Source: Acidobacteriaceae bacterium
GTDB taxonomy: Bacteria; Acidobacteriota; Terriglobia; Terriglobales; Acidobacteriaceae
NCBI GenBank assembly: GCA_030037635.1
Contig: JASHQH010000321.1
Coordinates: forward strand, 10,571-74,570
Reading direction: 5' to 3'
DNA length: 64,000 nucleotides
In this document: positions 53,765-63,195 of the stretch, in pieces
Layout: the number at the start of each line of letters is the position of its first letter
How positions within the stretch are numbered: position 1 is the first letter of the stretch
Translations under genes and position numbers: made by a program
The notes under the pieces: model-generated
The model's input: the letters and a program-made list of their open reading frames with translations, nothing else
What the model was told of the DNA's origin: nothing
Databases searched by the model: none

Positions 53765-54835
53765 ATGTTAGTGGTCATGAAGGCGCAGGCCACGCCGGAG
53801 CAAATCCAGGCGGTCTGCGATCATATCGAACAATTAGGGTTCCGCGCCCACCCCCTCCCGGGAGCGCAGCGCACCGCCATCGGCATCACCGGCAACCAGG
53901 GCGAGGCCGACCGCGGCAACCTCGAATCGCTCCCCGGCGTCGCCGAGGTCATCCGCGTCTCCAAAGCCTACAAACTGGCCAGCCGCGACGTGAAAGAAGA
54001 AGACACCGTCATCCGCTTCGCCCATTCCACCGCCACCATCGGCGGACACGATCTGGCCATCGTCGCCGGACCCTGCTCCATCGAGAGCCGCGAGCAGGCC
54101 TTCGCCATCGCCGCTCACGTGGCTGCAGCCGGCGCGCAGTTTTTCCGCGGCGGCGCCTACAAGCCGCGTACCTCCCCATACGCATTTCAGGGCCTGGGCC
54201 TTGAAGCTCTGCGCATCATGGCCGAGATTCGCGACAAGTTCGGGCTCCGCATCGTCACCGAAGCGCTCGATACCGAAACCCTGGAGGTGGTAGCCGAGTG
54301 GGCCGACGTGGTGCAGATCGGCGCCCGCAACATGCAGAACTTTTCTCTGCTCAAGAAAGCCGGACGTCTGCGCCAGCCGGTGCTCATCAAGCGCGGCATG
54401 AGCGCCACCCTCGAAGAGTTCCTCATGGCCGCCGAATACGTAATGAGCGAGGGCAATTACGAAGTCATCCTTTGCGAGCGCGGCGTGCGCACCTTTTCTG
54501 ATCACGCCCGCAACACCCTCGATCTCAGCATCGTTCCCGCCTTGCAGCACGTCAGCCATCTACCCATCCTCATCGACCCCAGCCATGGGACCGGCCGTCG
54601 CGACAGCGTTCTGCCCATGGCGCGAGCAGCAGTAGCCTCTGGAGCCGACGGCGTGATGGTCGAGGTGCACGACCATCCCGAAAAGGCGCTCTCCGACGGC
54701 CCGCAGTCCATCTACCCGGCGCAGTTCGCCACCATGATGGAAGAGCTGGAACGCATGGCGCCCATCGTGGGCCGGCATCTGCCCCGAGCCGTGCCCGCCG
54801 CCGATGCCGCTCTGGCCAAAGCCAGTGGACAGTGA
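53765..54835 (+). CDS. 3-deoxy-7-phosphoheptulonate (DAHP) synthase, type I-beta, with N-terminal ferredoxin-like regulatory domain
   Basis: N-terminal MLVVMKAQATPEQIQAV...; catalytic GPCSIES, KPRTSPYAFQGLG, DPSHGTGRR. Confidence 0.92.
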   Translation: MLVVMKAQATPEQIQAVCDHIEQLGFRAHPLPGAQRTAIGITGNQGEADRGNLESLPGVAEVIRVSKAYKLASRDVKEEDTVIRFAHSTATIGGHDLAIVAGPCSIESREQAFAIAAHVAAAGAQFFRGGAYKPRTSPYAFQGLGLEALRIMAEIRDKFGLRIVTEALDTETLEVVAEWADVVQIGARNMQNFSLLKKAGRLRQPVLIKRGMSATLEEFLMAAEYVMSEGNYEVILCERGVRTFSDHARNTLDLSIVPALQHVSHLPILIDPSHGTGRRDSVLPMARAAVASGADGVMVEVHDHPEKALSDGPQSIYPAQFATMMEELERMAPIVGRHLPRAVPAADAALAKASGQ

Positions 54836-54859
54836 AGAGACGACCCCGCATGCAGCAGG

Positions 54860-54970
54860 CTGTCATCCTCAGCCAGGTTTGGCGCGCATCGGGGTCCCCA
54901 GCGGACCATTTCTGTTCGTTGGGGAAATTGAGCGCCAAACCAAGTCGAAGGATCTGCGGTTGCCTCTGAG
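54860..54970 (+). repeat. Repeat family G, long form with nested B-like module
   Basis: TGTCATCCTCAGC...AGTCGAAGGATCTGCGGTTG; inner perfect stem GGTTTGGCGC (54876-85) / GCGCCAAACC (54932-41) encloses CGGGGTCCCCAGCGGACCATTTCTGTTCGTTGGGG. Confidence 0.75.
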
Positions 54971-54998
54971 AACGCCTGAGTTCGCTCACAATCGAGTA

Positions 54999-56213
54999 GT
55001 GGCGCGGTTCACATATGTCGATAAGGCCCGGCCTTCGCTGGCCAGTGGCCGAAATTCGGCGATCGTCGCTCTCGCTTATTTGGCCGGAATCATTTTGCCC
55101 GCAGCGGTGCTCACTGGCTGCCGGACCCATGACTTTCCGCAATACCCGCCCAACTATCGGGAGTACGTCTACGTAACCAACGGCGGCAGCGACACGGTGA
55201 CCGTGCTCGACGTGGTCGATGTGCGCGTCGACCGCGAGCTGGCCGTGGGCCGAAATCCCGTTGCCCTTGCCGCCAGCCCCACGCGCAACGAAATCTACGT
55301 CGTCAACTCCGGCGGCCCTGACGCCAATGGGTCGGTCTCCGTCATTGACGCCGAGCACAACACCGTTGTGGCGACGATTCCCGTGCACCGGCAAGCGCAA
55401 TCCATCGACGTCGATCCGGAGGGGAATCGCGCCTACGTCGCCAATGCGGGCTCCAACTCAGTATCCGTGATCGATTTGAAGACGCGGCGCGAAGTGGCCC
55501 AATTCGACGCCGGCCAGGACCCCGTGGCCGTGCGGCTCGCACCCGACAACCGCACACTCGTCGTGGCCAACCGCCGCGGCAACTCCGTCACCCTCCTCGA
55601 TCCGGCCGGCGGCCTTGTCCGTGCCGTCTTCGATGGCTGCCCGGGAGCGGCAGCTCCCGTCATCCTCCCTGACTCTTCCAAAGCCTTCGTGGCCTGTTCC
55701 GCCGGCCATCAGGTCATGGTCATCGCCCTCCAGCAGCAGGGCACTCATCCCGCACAGCCCGATCAGCTTGAGGCGCTGATGGACGTCGGCCACGCGCCCG
55801 TCGATCTGTCGCTGAAGCCGGATGGCGGAGAGATCTTCGCGTCCAATTCGCTCTCTGACTCGGTCTCAGAGATTTACAACACCACCGATGAGGTCGGCGA
55901 CACGTACCTGATCGGCGACGATCCCGTCTCGAGCGTAGTCTCCCGCGACAATTCCCTGCTCTACGTGGCCAATCTGCGTTCGCAAGAGGTGACGGTGTAC
56001 TCCATTGACGACGGCCAGCGGCTGGGCGCGATTCACGTCGGTGACGGGCCTGCGACGCTCGCCTTTTCCGCGGCAGGCCACCTGTTGTTCGTGGCCGACA
56101 GCCGCTCGGGCGACGTCGCCGTCGCGCGCACCGCCACGCAGTCGCTGTTCACGCTGCTGCCCGCCGGCCGCGATCCCAATGCGCTCGTCGACAAGGCATT
56201 CAAAGTCCACTGA
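54999..56213 (+). CDS. YVTN-family beta-propeller repeat lipoprotein
   Basis: Lipobox LTGC; repeated YV.N.GS..VSVID motifs; GTG 54999 chosen because 54804-54998 overlaps the DAHP synthase gene and repeat sequence. Confidence 0.78.
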   Translation: MARFTYVDKARPSLASGRNSAIVALAYLAGIILPAAVLTGCRTHDFPQYPPNYREYVYVTNGGSDTVTVLDVVDVRVDRELAVGRNPVALAASPTRNEIYVVNSGGPDANGSVSVIDAEHNTVVATIPVHRQAQSIDVDPEGNRAYVANAGSNSVSVIDLKTRREVAQFDAGQDPVAVRLAPDNRTLVVANRRGNSVTLLDPAGGLVRAVFDGCPGAAAPVILPDSSKAFVACSAGHQVMVIALQQQGTHPAQPDQLEALMDVGHAPVDLSLKPDGGEIFASNSLSDSVSEIYNTTDEVGDTYLIGDDPVSSVVSRDNSLLYVANLRSQEVTVYSIDDGQRLGAIHVGDGPATLAFSAAGHLLFVADSRSGDVAVARTATQSLFTLLPAGRDPNALVDKAFKVH

Positions 56214-56584
56214 CCGGTTGCCTGGATCCGGTCTTGAAAGGGCACGGCTTATCAGGGTCCTCGGCGACTGATTTTTGGTCGCTGGAGTGACTTGAGCCGT
56301 GAAGCCGCATAAAGATGAGGCTTTAGACCCTTTGAAGGGTACGGGCTTTTAGCCCCGGCTCCGAGCACCGTTGCCCCATCCTTTCGCGCCTTTCGCGAAA
56401 GGGTGGGAAGCCGTGAACGCTGGCCAATCTCCGACGAACCCGGCGGGATCGGAGGGAGCAGCGGTCTTCAGGCCGCTGAATCTCCCGCAAAAGATCGTCG
56501 CGGCTTTAGCCGCGGGCCTTTTTCGCGGCGAATCTAAAGCCTCGTGCGGACACTTTTCGCCCCTGAGGGATGTTTTTCCGTGTC
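56214..56584 (+). repeat. Stack of at least 5 different hairpin repeat modules in a convergent intergenic region (BIME-like)
   Basis: GACCGG..CCGGTC (56212-56233); GGCTTTAGACCCTTTGAAGGGTACGGGCTTTTAGCCCC; A hairpin 56375-56407 (14 bp, one G.U); E copy 2 at 56448-56518. Confidence 0.8.
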
Positions 56585-57913
56585 TCAGCTGCGTTGCTTG
56601 GCGGCAATCTCCCCGATCGCACCGACAAGCGTGTCCAGGTCGGCGATGGTCGTGTAGACATGCGGCGTCACGCGCACGCAACGGATGTTCTCCCACACGA
56701 TGCCGACAGTGTGAATCTTGTACTGGTTGAACAGGGCGTTCTCGAAATCCGATGGAGTCATGCCGTCGATCGAGACCCCACAGATGGCGCAGGAGTACTT
56801 CACGTTGAGCGATGTATGCAGCTTGACGTTGGGAATCGATTGCACGCGCGTCGCCCAGTAGTCCTTCAGGTAGCGGATGCGCGCTTCCTTGCGCCTGGCG
56901 CCGATGCCGTTGTGAAAGTTGATGGCTTCTCCGATTCCCTCCTCGATCGGGAAGCTCCGCGTACCCAGCGACTCAAACTTGCGGATATCGGCGCTGCGGG
57001 GCTGGGCGTTGCACGTCAGCGGCCAGATTTTTTCAATCTTCTCGCGCTTCATCCACAACATCCCGCTGCCGATCGGCGCAGAGAGAAATTTGTGCAGGCT
57101 GGTTCCCATGTAATCGCAGCCGAGATCGGGGATCTTGAAGTCCATCAGTCCGAAGGAGTGCGCGCTGTCGCAGATCACCTCAATCCCGTGGGAGTGCGCC
57201 ATCTCTGAGATTGCCGCAACAGGCATGATCTGGCCCACCCAATTGATCATGTGCGTCACATGGATGATCTTCGTCCGCGCCGTGATGGCCTGTTCGTACG
57301 CGCGCACGATTTGCGCATCGTCTTCGATCGGAAACTCAAAGTTGAGCTGCTTGTACACGATCCCTTCGCGCGCCGCCCGCTGGCGCCACGCCTCGATCAT
57401 GTTGGGGTAATCCTGCTTGGCCCCAATCACCTCGTCGCCGGCTTTCAGTTCCAGGCCGTAGATCACCGTATTCAGAGCTTCCGTTGAGTTGCGGTCGACG
57501 GCCACCTCTTCCGCCGAGCAGCCGCCGAGCTCGGCCAGCTTTGCGCGCAGCGGTTCCCGGCCTTGGTCCAGGATGCGCCACATGTAGTACGATGGGCCCT
57601 CGTTGGACAGCTCGTTGAAGCGCTCCACGGCCTGCTGCACCACGATCGGCGAAGGCGAGACCCCGCCGTTGTTCAGGTTGATCAGGTTCGGGTTCACCGA
57701 GTAGGCGCGTTGAATCACCGCCCAGAAATCTTCGGCGCTTGCCGCTTCTTCAGCGCTCAGATGATCAAGCGAGCCGGAGGCCGCGAGGAACTCAGCTGCG
57801 TGAGCCTGGTTGAAGAGGCTGTTGACGGAGAATGCACTGGCCAGTGCAGCCGCCTGCTTCAGAAATGTGCGACGCCCGGGAATGCTCATAGTCTGCACTT
57901 TAGTGGGCGCCAT
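56585..57913 (-). CDS. Tat-signal class V aminotransferase-fold PLP enzyme (cysteine desulfurase / isopenicillin-N epimerase-like)
   Basis: SIPGRRTFLKQAAALASAFS twin-arginine signal; PLP-Lys context DYMGTSLHKFLSAP; start may be 57889. Confidence 0.83.
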   Translation of the reverse strand: MAPTKVQTMSIPGRRTFLKQAAALASAFSVNSLFNQAHAAEFLAASGSLDHLSAEEAASAEDFWAVIQRAYSVNPNLINLNNGGVSPSPIVVQQAVERFNELSNEGPSYYMWRILDQGREPLRAKLAELGGCSAEEVAVDRNSTEALNTVIYGLELKAGDEVIGAKQDYPNMIEAWRQRAAREGIVYKQLNFEFPIEDDAQIVRAYEQAITARTKIIHVTHMINWVGQIMPVAAISEMAHSHGIEVICDSAHSFGLMDFKIPDLGCDYMGTSLHKFLSAPIGSGMLWMKREKIEKIWPLTCNAQPRSADIRKFESLGTRSFPIEEGIGEAINFHNGIGARRKEARIRYLKDYWATRVQSIPNVKLHTSLNVKYSCAICGVSIDGMTPSDFENALFNQYKIHTVGIVWENIRCVRVTPHVYTTIADLDTLVGAIGEIAAKQRS

Positions 57914-58015
57914 GGAGGTGGTTCAACCAAAAACTTCGCGAGCCCTTCGCGCCTTTGAATCCAAATTCCGGATGCGGCTGCCGGCCGGTGCTCCCTCGGC
58001 ACGCTCCTGTCTTTC

Positions 58016-58082
58016 CGCCTGGGGTGGGGAATCTCACCGCATCGCCGCTCCCTCGCTTTTCTAATCCCCGAATCCCTGATCG
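58016..58082 (+). repeat. Repeat copy (GGGGTGGGGAATCTCACCGCATCGCCGCTCCCTCGCTTT plus short CCCT array)
   Basis: Near-identical 30-nt core with the copy at 59639-59706; ends 11 nt from the stop codon at 58094. Confidence 0.8.
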
Positions 58083-58093
58083 TCGTCCCCCGG

Positions 58094-59494
58094 CTACTGG
58101 GCGGCCACCGCAATCGCTGTGGTCCAGGACTCATACGTGCCGCTGGGCATGGGCAACAGCGTGGCCTCGCCGCCGTTCACCCAATATGCGGCGGTTTGGC
58201 CCACGCCCATGGGCTCATCGATCAAAGATCCCACCGAATACACATCGTTGCCTGAGAGCGCGATCCCGACCGCCCAGGAAGTAGCGGAAGAATCTGTCAA
58301 GTTGTTGGGCATGGGCAACGTGATGGGCGTGCCGTTCTCCCAGTATGCCGCGGTGCCGCTGCCCACGCCCGTGGACCCACTCCCCGCCATATACACGTCG
58401 CCGCCCGAGACCGCGATCCCGACAGCTCCGTACTCTCCGAATAAAATTCCGGCGGGAATAAGCAACGTCGTGGCCGCGCCGTTGTTCACCCAGGATACGG
58501 CGGTGTCCGTGTCCGCGTTGGAGTCTGTATTTCCTGATACATAAACATTGCCGCCCGACACCGCGATCCCCCAAGCGTAATAATCCCCCGTCAGGCCGCT
58601 GGGCATGGGCAACAGAGTGGCCGCGCCATTCACCCAGAGCGTGGCGCTTTCGTCGTTATCGGTGTTCCACGCAACTCCCGTCACGTACACATCGTTGCCC
58701 GATACCGCGATCCCCGCGGCGTAAGAATATGCCATGCCGCTGGGCGGCGACAGCGTTGTGGCCGTGCCGTTCACCCAGAGCACGGCGGTGCCGTCGCCCG
58801 CACTGTTCTCCTCGTATCCCGCTACATACACGTTGCTGCCCGAGACCGCGATCGCGTTGGCTTCCGAGATTGTCATGCTGCTGGGCAATGTCGTGGCCGT
58901 GCCGTTCAACCAATATGCGGCCGTTTGGCCCGTGCCGGTCGATGCAGATCCCACCACATACACATCGCTGCCCGAGACCGCGATCGCGTTGGCTTGCGCG
59001 CTTGTCATGCCGCTGGGCATCGGCAGGGCCGTCGCCGTGGCCGTCGGGCTGCCGGAGGTAAGCTTCCAAAGCTCTGCGACGTTCACCACGTTCTCTGCAG
59101 TTGATGCCGAGGAGACCGCAAACCCTGAGATATAAACACTTGTGTTTGGGCCGATGGCCGGGTTCACGGTGAAGCTCTGCGCTACCTGCGAAGCCGCCGC
59201 ATAGGTGCCGTTGCCGTCCTGGCTGGCGTCGATGGTGCAGGTTCCGGCTGTCTCAAACGTGGCCGTCGCTCCAGAGATCGTGCACACGCCGGGAGCTGCT
59301 GAGGTAAAGGTAACTGCGGCGCCGGAGCTGGCCGTCGCCGAGAGCGCTAGCGACGTTCCTGCCGTCTGCGTACCGGGATTGTCGAACGTGATAGTTTGCG
59401 CTGCATGACCGACGCTATTGCCGCTGTTGCCGCAGCCGCCGGCGAGCAGGGCCAGCGGAATCGAAAGAAGAGAGTACAGCTTGAGACGCTTCAT
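58094..59494 (-). CDS. Lipoprotein: Ig-like domain plus probable seven-bladed beta-propeller of ~40-aa repeats
   Basis: Lipobox LLAGGC; seven units of the form AVSG.DVYV.G....TA.YW.NG..T.LP. Confidence 0.75.
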   Translation of the reverse strand: MKRLKLYSLLSIPLALLAGGCGNSGNSVGHAAQTITFDNPGTQTAGTSLALSATASSGAAVTFTSAAPGVCTISGATATFETAGTCTIDASQDGNGTYAAASQVAQSFTVNPAIGPNTSVYISGFAVSSASTAENVVNVAELWKLTSGSPTATATALPMPSGMTSAQANAIAVSGSDVYVVGSASTGTGQTAAYWLNGTATTLPSSMTISEANAIAVSGSNVYVAGYEENSAGDGTAVLWVNGTATTLSPPSGMAYSYAAGIAVSGNDVYVTGVAWNTDNDESATLWVNGAATLLPMPSGLTGDYYAWGIAVSGGNVYVSGNTDSNADTDTAVSWVNNGAATTLLIPAGILFGEYGAVGIAVSGGDVYMAGSGSTGVGSGTAAYWENGTPITLPMPNNLTDSSATSWAVGIALSGNDVYSVGSLIDEPMGVGQTAAYWVNGGEATLLPMPSGTYESWTTAIAVAAQ

Positions 59495-59638
59495 ATAAGA
59501 GAGCACCTCCTTGCCTGCGCGCGCCTGCGACCGTTGCGGGTTGCTTGCCGTGGCGACGCTGCTCCATCGATTTCGATTCCGGCCCCAACATTATGACACC
59601 CTTTCCGGAAAAGGCATTGCGCCGGCAAATCGTCTTCG

Positions 59639-59756
59639 CGCCTGGTGTGGGAAGAATCTCACCGCATCGCCGCCCCCTCGCTTTCTATTCCCTATTCCCT
59701 GATCCCTGTCTTCTCGCCCCCTTGGCCCCTGTCTTCTGTTGCCCGTTCCCTCGCTT
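59639..59756 (+). repeat. Repeat copy with long CCCT array
   Basis: CGCCTGGTGTGGGAAGAATCTCACCGCATCGCCGCCCCCTCGCTTT then CTATTCC CTATTCC CTGATCC CTGTCTT CTCGCCCC CTTGGCCC CTGTCTT CTGTTGC CCGTTCC; abuts the stop codon at 59757. Confidence 0.85.
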
Positions 59757-61868
59757 TTACCGCGTCGAAGCGTCCGCCGGGGGCGGCGCAGAAGCCGGCT
59801 GAACCTTGGGTCCTGTCAGCACGCCGTCGTTGAGCGATGCAGCCACCAGCCGGTCGCCCGCGCCGCGAATAAGCAAGATCGAGTAACCCACCTGCCAAAA
59901 ATCCCAGGTGAGCGCTTTAGCATCGATGGCGTACACCTGGTCGCTGGAGCGCGAACTAGCCAGGATTCTCTTCACGCTCGCGTCGTAGCTCAGATCGTCC
60001 ACATCGCGGAAAGGTAGCCGCTGAAGCCACAACCAGTTTTTGCCCAGGTCGCGGGTAAAGTAGACTCCGTCGCGCGCGCCCAGCCACAGAGAGCCATCGG
60101 GCGCAAAGACCGCGCTGTGAATGTGCACGAGCGCCGGGGGCAGCCCCAGCGGCCACCAGCTCTCTCCCCCGTCGGTTGAAATCACCACATTGTCGTCGCG
60201 CGCCGCTGCCATGTCATCGCCGTGAACCGTAACCGACAGGTACTCGCGCCCGCCCATCACCGGTCCGCCCTGCCACGTGGCTCCCTGGTCGCGGCTGGTG
60301 AGCAGACCGTAGCTGGTAGCCGCAACCCAAACGTCGCCGGAGACGTCGAGCGCGTTCACAGAGCTCTCTAACTCGATCACCGGAGCCTTGACCTGCTTCT
60401 CGACATTCACTTTGGTGCGATAGTGCGTTTGCGTAACGGTTTTCACAATGGTGTTGGCGATGGTATTCCGCGGCTGCCAGGTCTGCGCAGAGCCTGCCGG
60501 TCCCGCCGATGCTCCGGCTTCGGGCCCAGACGCTGCATCCGGCGATGTCGGAGCCGGATCGTCCGACGCGGGTGCTCCGAGAACGAAGACGCCGTGGCTG
60601 GTTCCCGCCACCACGGTTCCATCCTTCGTCTGGTCCAGGGCAAAAATGTCGCGGCCATCCAGGCCTTCGTCGAGCTGCTCCCAGTGGCCGCCGCCGTCAG
60701 TGGAACGAAAGACGCCGCCGTAATTTTTGTCGTTGACCACGCCGGCATAAAGGCACTGCGGATCGTTGCGATCGACCAGGAGCGCCGCGATCTTGCGCTC
60801 TGAGATGCCCTGGTTCGATCCGGTGAACGTCACGCCTGCGTCAAGGCTGGCCAGCACTCCGCTCCGATCGGTAGCCAGCAGCACGTGGTTCGAATCCTTT
60901 GGATCGACGTAAACGTCGTTCACCACCACGTCGGAGCCGGTCATGCGCTTGAAGGTTTTCCCGCCGTTCTCGGTCTTGTACAGCCCCTCCGTGGTTCCCG
61001 CATACACCACTTGCAGGTTCTCAGGATCCTGCATCAGGACGCGTGTCCGTCTGGCTTCATTGGGAATGCCCTGAATCTTGTGGAACAGCGCGCCGCCATT
61101 TTCGCTCTTATAGATCCCACTGCACGCGCTCAGGTAGACGGTGCGCGTGTGTTGTGGATCGATGACGATCGAGAATACGTCGGAATCCACGATCAGGCCA
61201 TTCTTGATGTTGTGCCAGCTCTTGCCGCCGTCGGTGGTCTTCCATGGCAGGTGCCAGGTTCCTGCATAGACGATCTCCGGGTTCGTGGGATCCACCGCCA
61301 ACGATTCAACTTCGTGAATCTCTTTGCTCCCCGCCGGACTGATCTGCGTCCAGGTCGCGCCGCTGTCAGTGGATCGGTAGACTCCCAGAAGCGTTCCCGC
61401 AAACAGGATGTGCGGATCAGAAGCCGCTTGGATAAGAGCGTGGATCGATTGGCCCTTCAGATCCGCCGGCTCGCTCCAGGTGTGTCCGCCGTCGTGGCTG
61501 ATCCACAAGCCGCCATCGTCGCTGTTCTTCCATGCGCCCGCAAAAATGGTTGTGGGATCGGAGGAATCAACCACAAGGCTGTCGAGCACGAAGCCGTCGG
61601 CGGCGTCCAGCTTCGCAAGGCGATGCCAGGAGGCGCCTTCGTCCAGCGATTGGTACAGCCAGCTATTGGTTGTGCCCAGAAGCAGGCGGCCGGGCTGCCC
61701 TGGAACCGCCGCAAAGGCGCGCGCATCGCCGCCGTCTGGGCCAACGACGGTCCACGAACCCTGTGCCTCCATCCACCCGGTGGAGAGCAGGCACAAAAAA
61801 AACAGCAGAATCCAGCTCCGGATCTCCAACCGGCGCAATCCTCGCAGAAAACCCCGTAATTGCTTCAT
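59757..61868 (-). CDS. Secreted BNR/Asp-box repeat beta-propeller protein (Ycf48/sortilin-Vps10-like)
   Basis: Repeated S.DGG.TW motifs: HDGGHTW, STDSGATW, TTDGGKSW, TENGGKTF, STDGGGHW, SRDQGATW, STDGGESW. Confidence 0.8.
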   Translation of the reverse strand: MKQLRGFLRGLRRLEIRSWILLFFLCLLSTGWMEAQGSWTVVGPDGGDARAFAAVPGQPGRLLLGTTNSWLYQSLDEGASWHRLAKLDAADGFVLDSLVVDSSDPTTIFAGAWKNSDDGGLWISHDGGHTWSEPADLKGQSIHALIQAASDPHILFAGTLLGVYRSTDSGATWTQISPAGSKEIHEVESLAVDPTNPEIVYAGTWHLPWKTTDGGKSWHNIKNGLIVDSDVFSIVIDPQHTRTVYLSACSGIYKSENGGALFHKIQGIPNEARRTRVLMQDPENLQVVYAGTTEGLYKTENGGKTFKRMTGSDVVVNDVYVDPKDSNHVLLATDRSGVLASLDAGVTFTGSNQGISERKIAALLVDRNDPQCLYAGVVNDKNYGGVFRSTDGGGHWEQLDEGLDGRDIFALDQTKDGTVVAGTSHGVFVLGAPASDDPAPTSPDAASGPEAGASAGPAGSAQTWQPRNTIANTIVKTVTQTHYRTKVNVEKQVKAPVIELESSVNALDVSGDVWVAATSYGLLTSRDQGATWQGGPVMGGREYLSVTVHGDDMAAARDDNVVISTDGGESWWPLGLPPALVHIHSAVFAPDGSLWLGARDGVYFTRDLGKNWLWLQRLPFRDVDDLSYDASVKRILASSRSSDQVYAIDAKALTWDFWQVGYSILLIRGAGDRLVAASLNDGVLTGPKVQPASAPPPADASTR

Positions 61869-62049
61869 TCAAGCGGAAAAATCGCTAACCCCCATTACAG
61901 AATAGACAAAATGGGGCGCAAAAAGCCACGAGCCTGACCGTATTCAGCAGGGTCAGCCTCAAAATGGCTACGGAGCGGTTACGTTGAGGCCGGCGAGCCC
62001 TCGCCCTTGCCAAACGAGGGCTCGTCGATGCAGTTGCTCCCGGCGGCAG

Positions 62050-63195
62050 CTATTGCGCCGGCGCGGCTGCCTTCTTGGCCGCGTGATGAGCGTGAGGCAC
62101 TGGCTTGCGCGCCTGCGGCTTCACCACTGTCTCGTCCACCGGTGTGGTCCCGCTCACGTCGTTGCTGAACGTGGCGCCCATCGGCACCAGGTAGATCTCC
62201 GCCGTCTGGCCCGGCGTCGACCCCGTGGCCACGCTGATGCGCGAAGCATCGATGCCCTGCTCCGTCACCAGGTAGTCCTTGGTGTTCACCGCACGCTGCG
62301 CCGCATAGTCCTCTACCTTGGCGTGCTTGTGCTTGGCCGCGTAAGCCTGCTGCTTGGCCATCTTGGCGCTCTCGTCGGCTGAGGCCTCGCCCACGATCAC
62401 CAGCTTGGCGTCAGGCTGCTGCTTCATGTCCAGTGCTACCTGGTCCAGAAGTGCCTTGGCTTCATTGTCCACGCGCTCGGGCCGCCTCTTGTCGGTCGAG
62501 AAGTTGATCGTGCCCAGCGACTGGCTATGCGGCGGCGGAGGCGGCGGTGGCGGCGCAGTGATGGTGATCGTCGTGTTCGCCGAAACCGTGTGGCCCTTGT
62601 CGTCGGAGACGTTGCAGTTGATTCCAACCGCGCCCGTAGGCGCGCCCGCCGACGAATAATCCGCCGTGGCGCCGCTGCCCGTCACCGTGCCCGCCGAGGC
62701 CGAATAGCTGTAGGTCAGCGGACGGTTCTGCGGACTCACTCCTACCGACGTAATCGTGCTGGTACCGCCCGGTTGGATGGTCGTGGGGCTGGCTGAGCAA
62801 CTGATGGTCGGCGGCTCAAACGCCTTCACCGTATACCCCGCTGAGCAGTCTGCAGTCTGGCCCGGCTTCAGGCCTTCCTTGCCCTTCTTGCCCTCTTTCA
62901 CTTCAGCCTTGGCGGTGTAGGAGCCGGGAGCCAGCAAAGACGTATCCACTGTGGCGGATGTGCCGCTTCCAGTCACGCCATCTCCGCTCCAGCTGTAAAT
63001 CACGTTGGTGTTCTTTTTTGTGTCCACCGACCCGGCGGTCGCCGAAACCGAAAGAGGATCGCCCGGGTAAACCGCTGGAGCGCTGGCGTTGCAGGCTAAG
63101 GTGATCGGCGGAGCCTTTTTGCACCCCATGGGAACAATTGCAAGGAACGCCAGAGCAAAAAGCAAAAAGAGAGGTTTCAACGATTTTGCATTCAT
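62050..63195 (-). CDS. Lipoprotein with Ig-like repeats and a divergent OmpA-like C-terminal domain
   Basis: Lipobox PMGC; PPPPPPPP hinge; LDQVALDMKQQPDAKLVIVGEAS...AAQRAVNTKDYLVTEQGIDASRISV. Confidence 0.72.
   Translation of the reverse strand: MNAKSLKPLFLLFALAFLAIVPMGCKKAPPITLACNASAPAVYPGDPLSVSATAGSVDTKKNTNVIYSWSGDGVTGSGTSATVDTSLLAPGSYTAKAEVKEGKKGKEGLKPGQTADCSAGYTVKAFEPPTISCSASPTTIQPGGTSTITSVGVSPQNRPLTYSYSASAGTVTGSGATADYSSAGAPTGAVGINCNVSDDKGHTVSANTTITITAPPPPPPPPHSQSLGTINFSTDKRRPERVDNEAKALLDQVALDMKQQPDAKLVIVGEASADESAKMAKQQAYAAKHKHAKVEDYAAQRAVNTKDYLVTEQGIDASRISVATGSTPGQTAEIYLVPMGATFSNDVSGTTPVDETVVKPQARKPVPHAHHAAKKAAAPAQ

Noticed and set aside
58016-59756. Direct repeats around the lipoprotein gene as ends of a composite transposon
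   Set aside because: There is no transposase or integrase and no inverted terminal repeats. The repeat belongs to a family present in many intergenic regions of this window. It is kept only as a recombination and cassette hypothesis in the findings.
60886-60900. GGTTCGAATCC, a tRNA T-loop-like string
   Set aside because: It lies inside the BNR-repeat CDS. No flanking T-stem, acceptor or anticodon arms can be drawn. GTTCGAAC at about 24029 likewise has no tRNA context. No tRNA genes are supported in the window.
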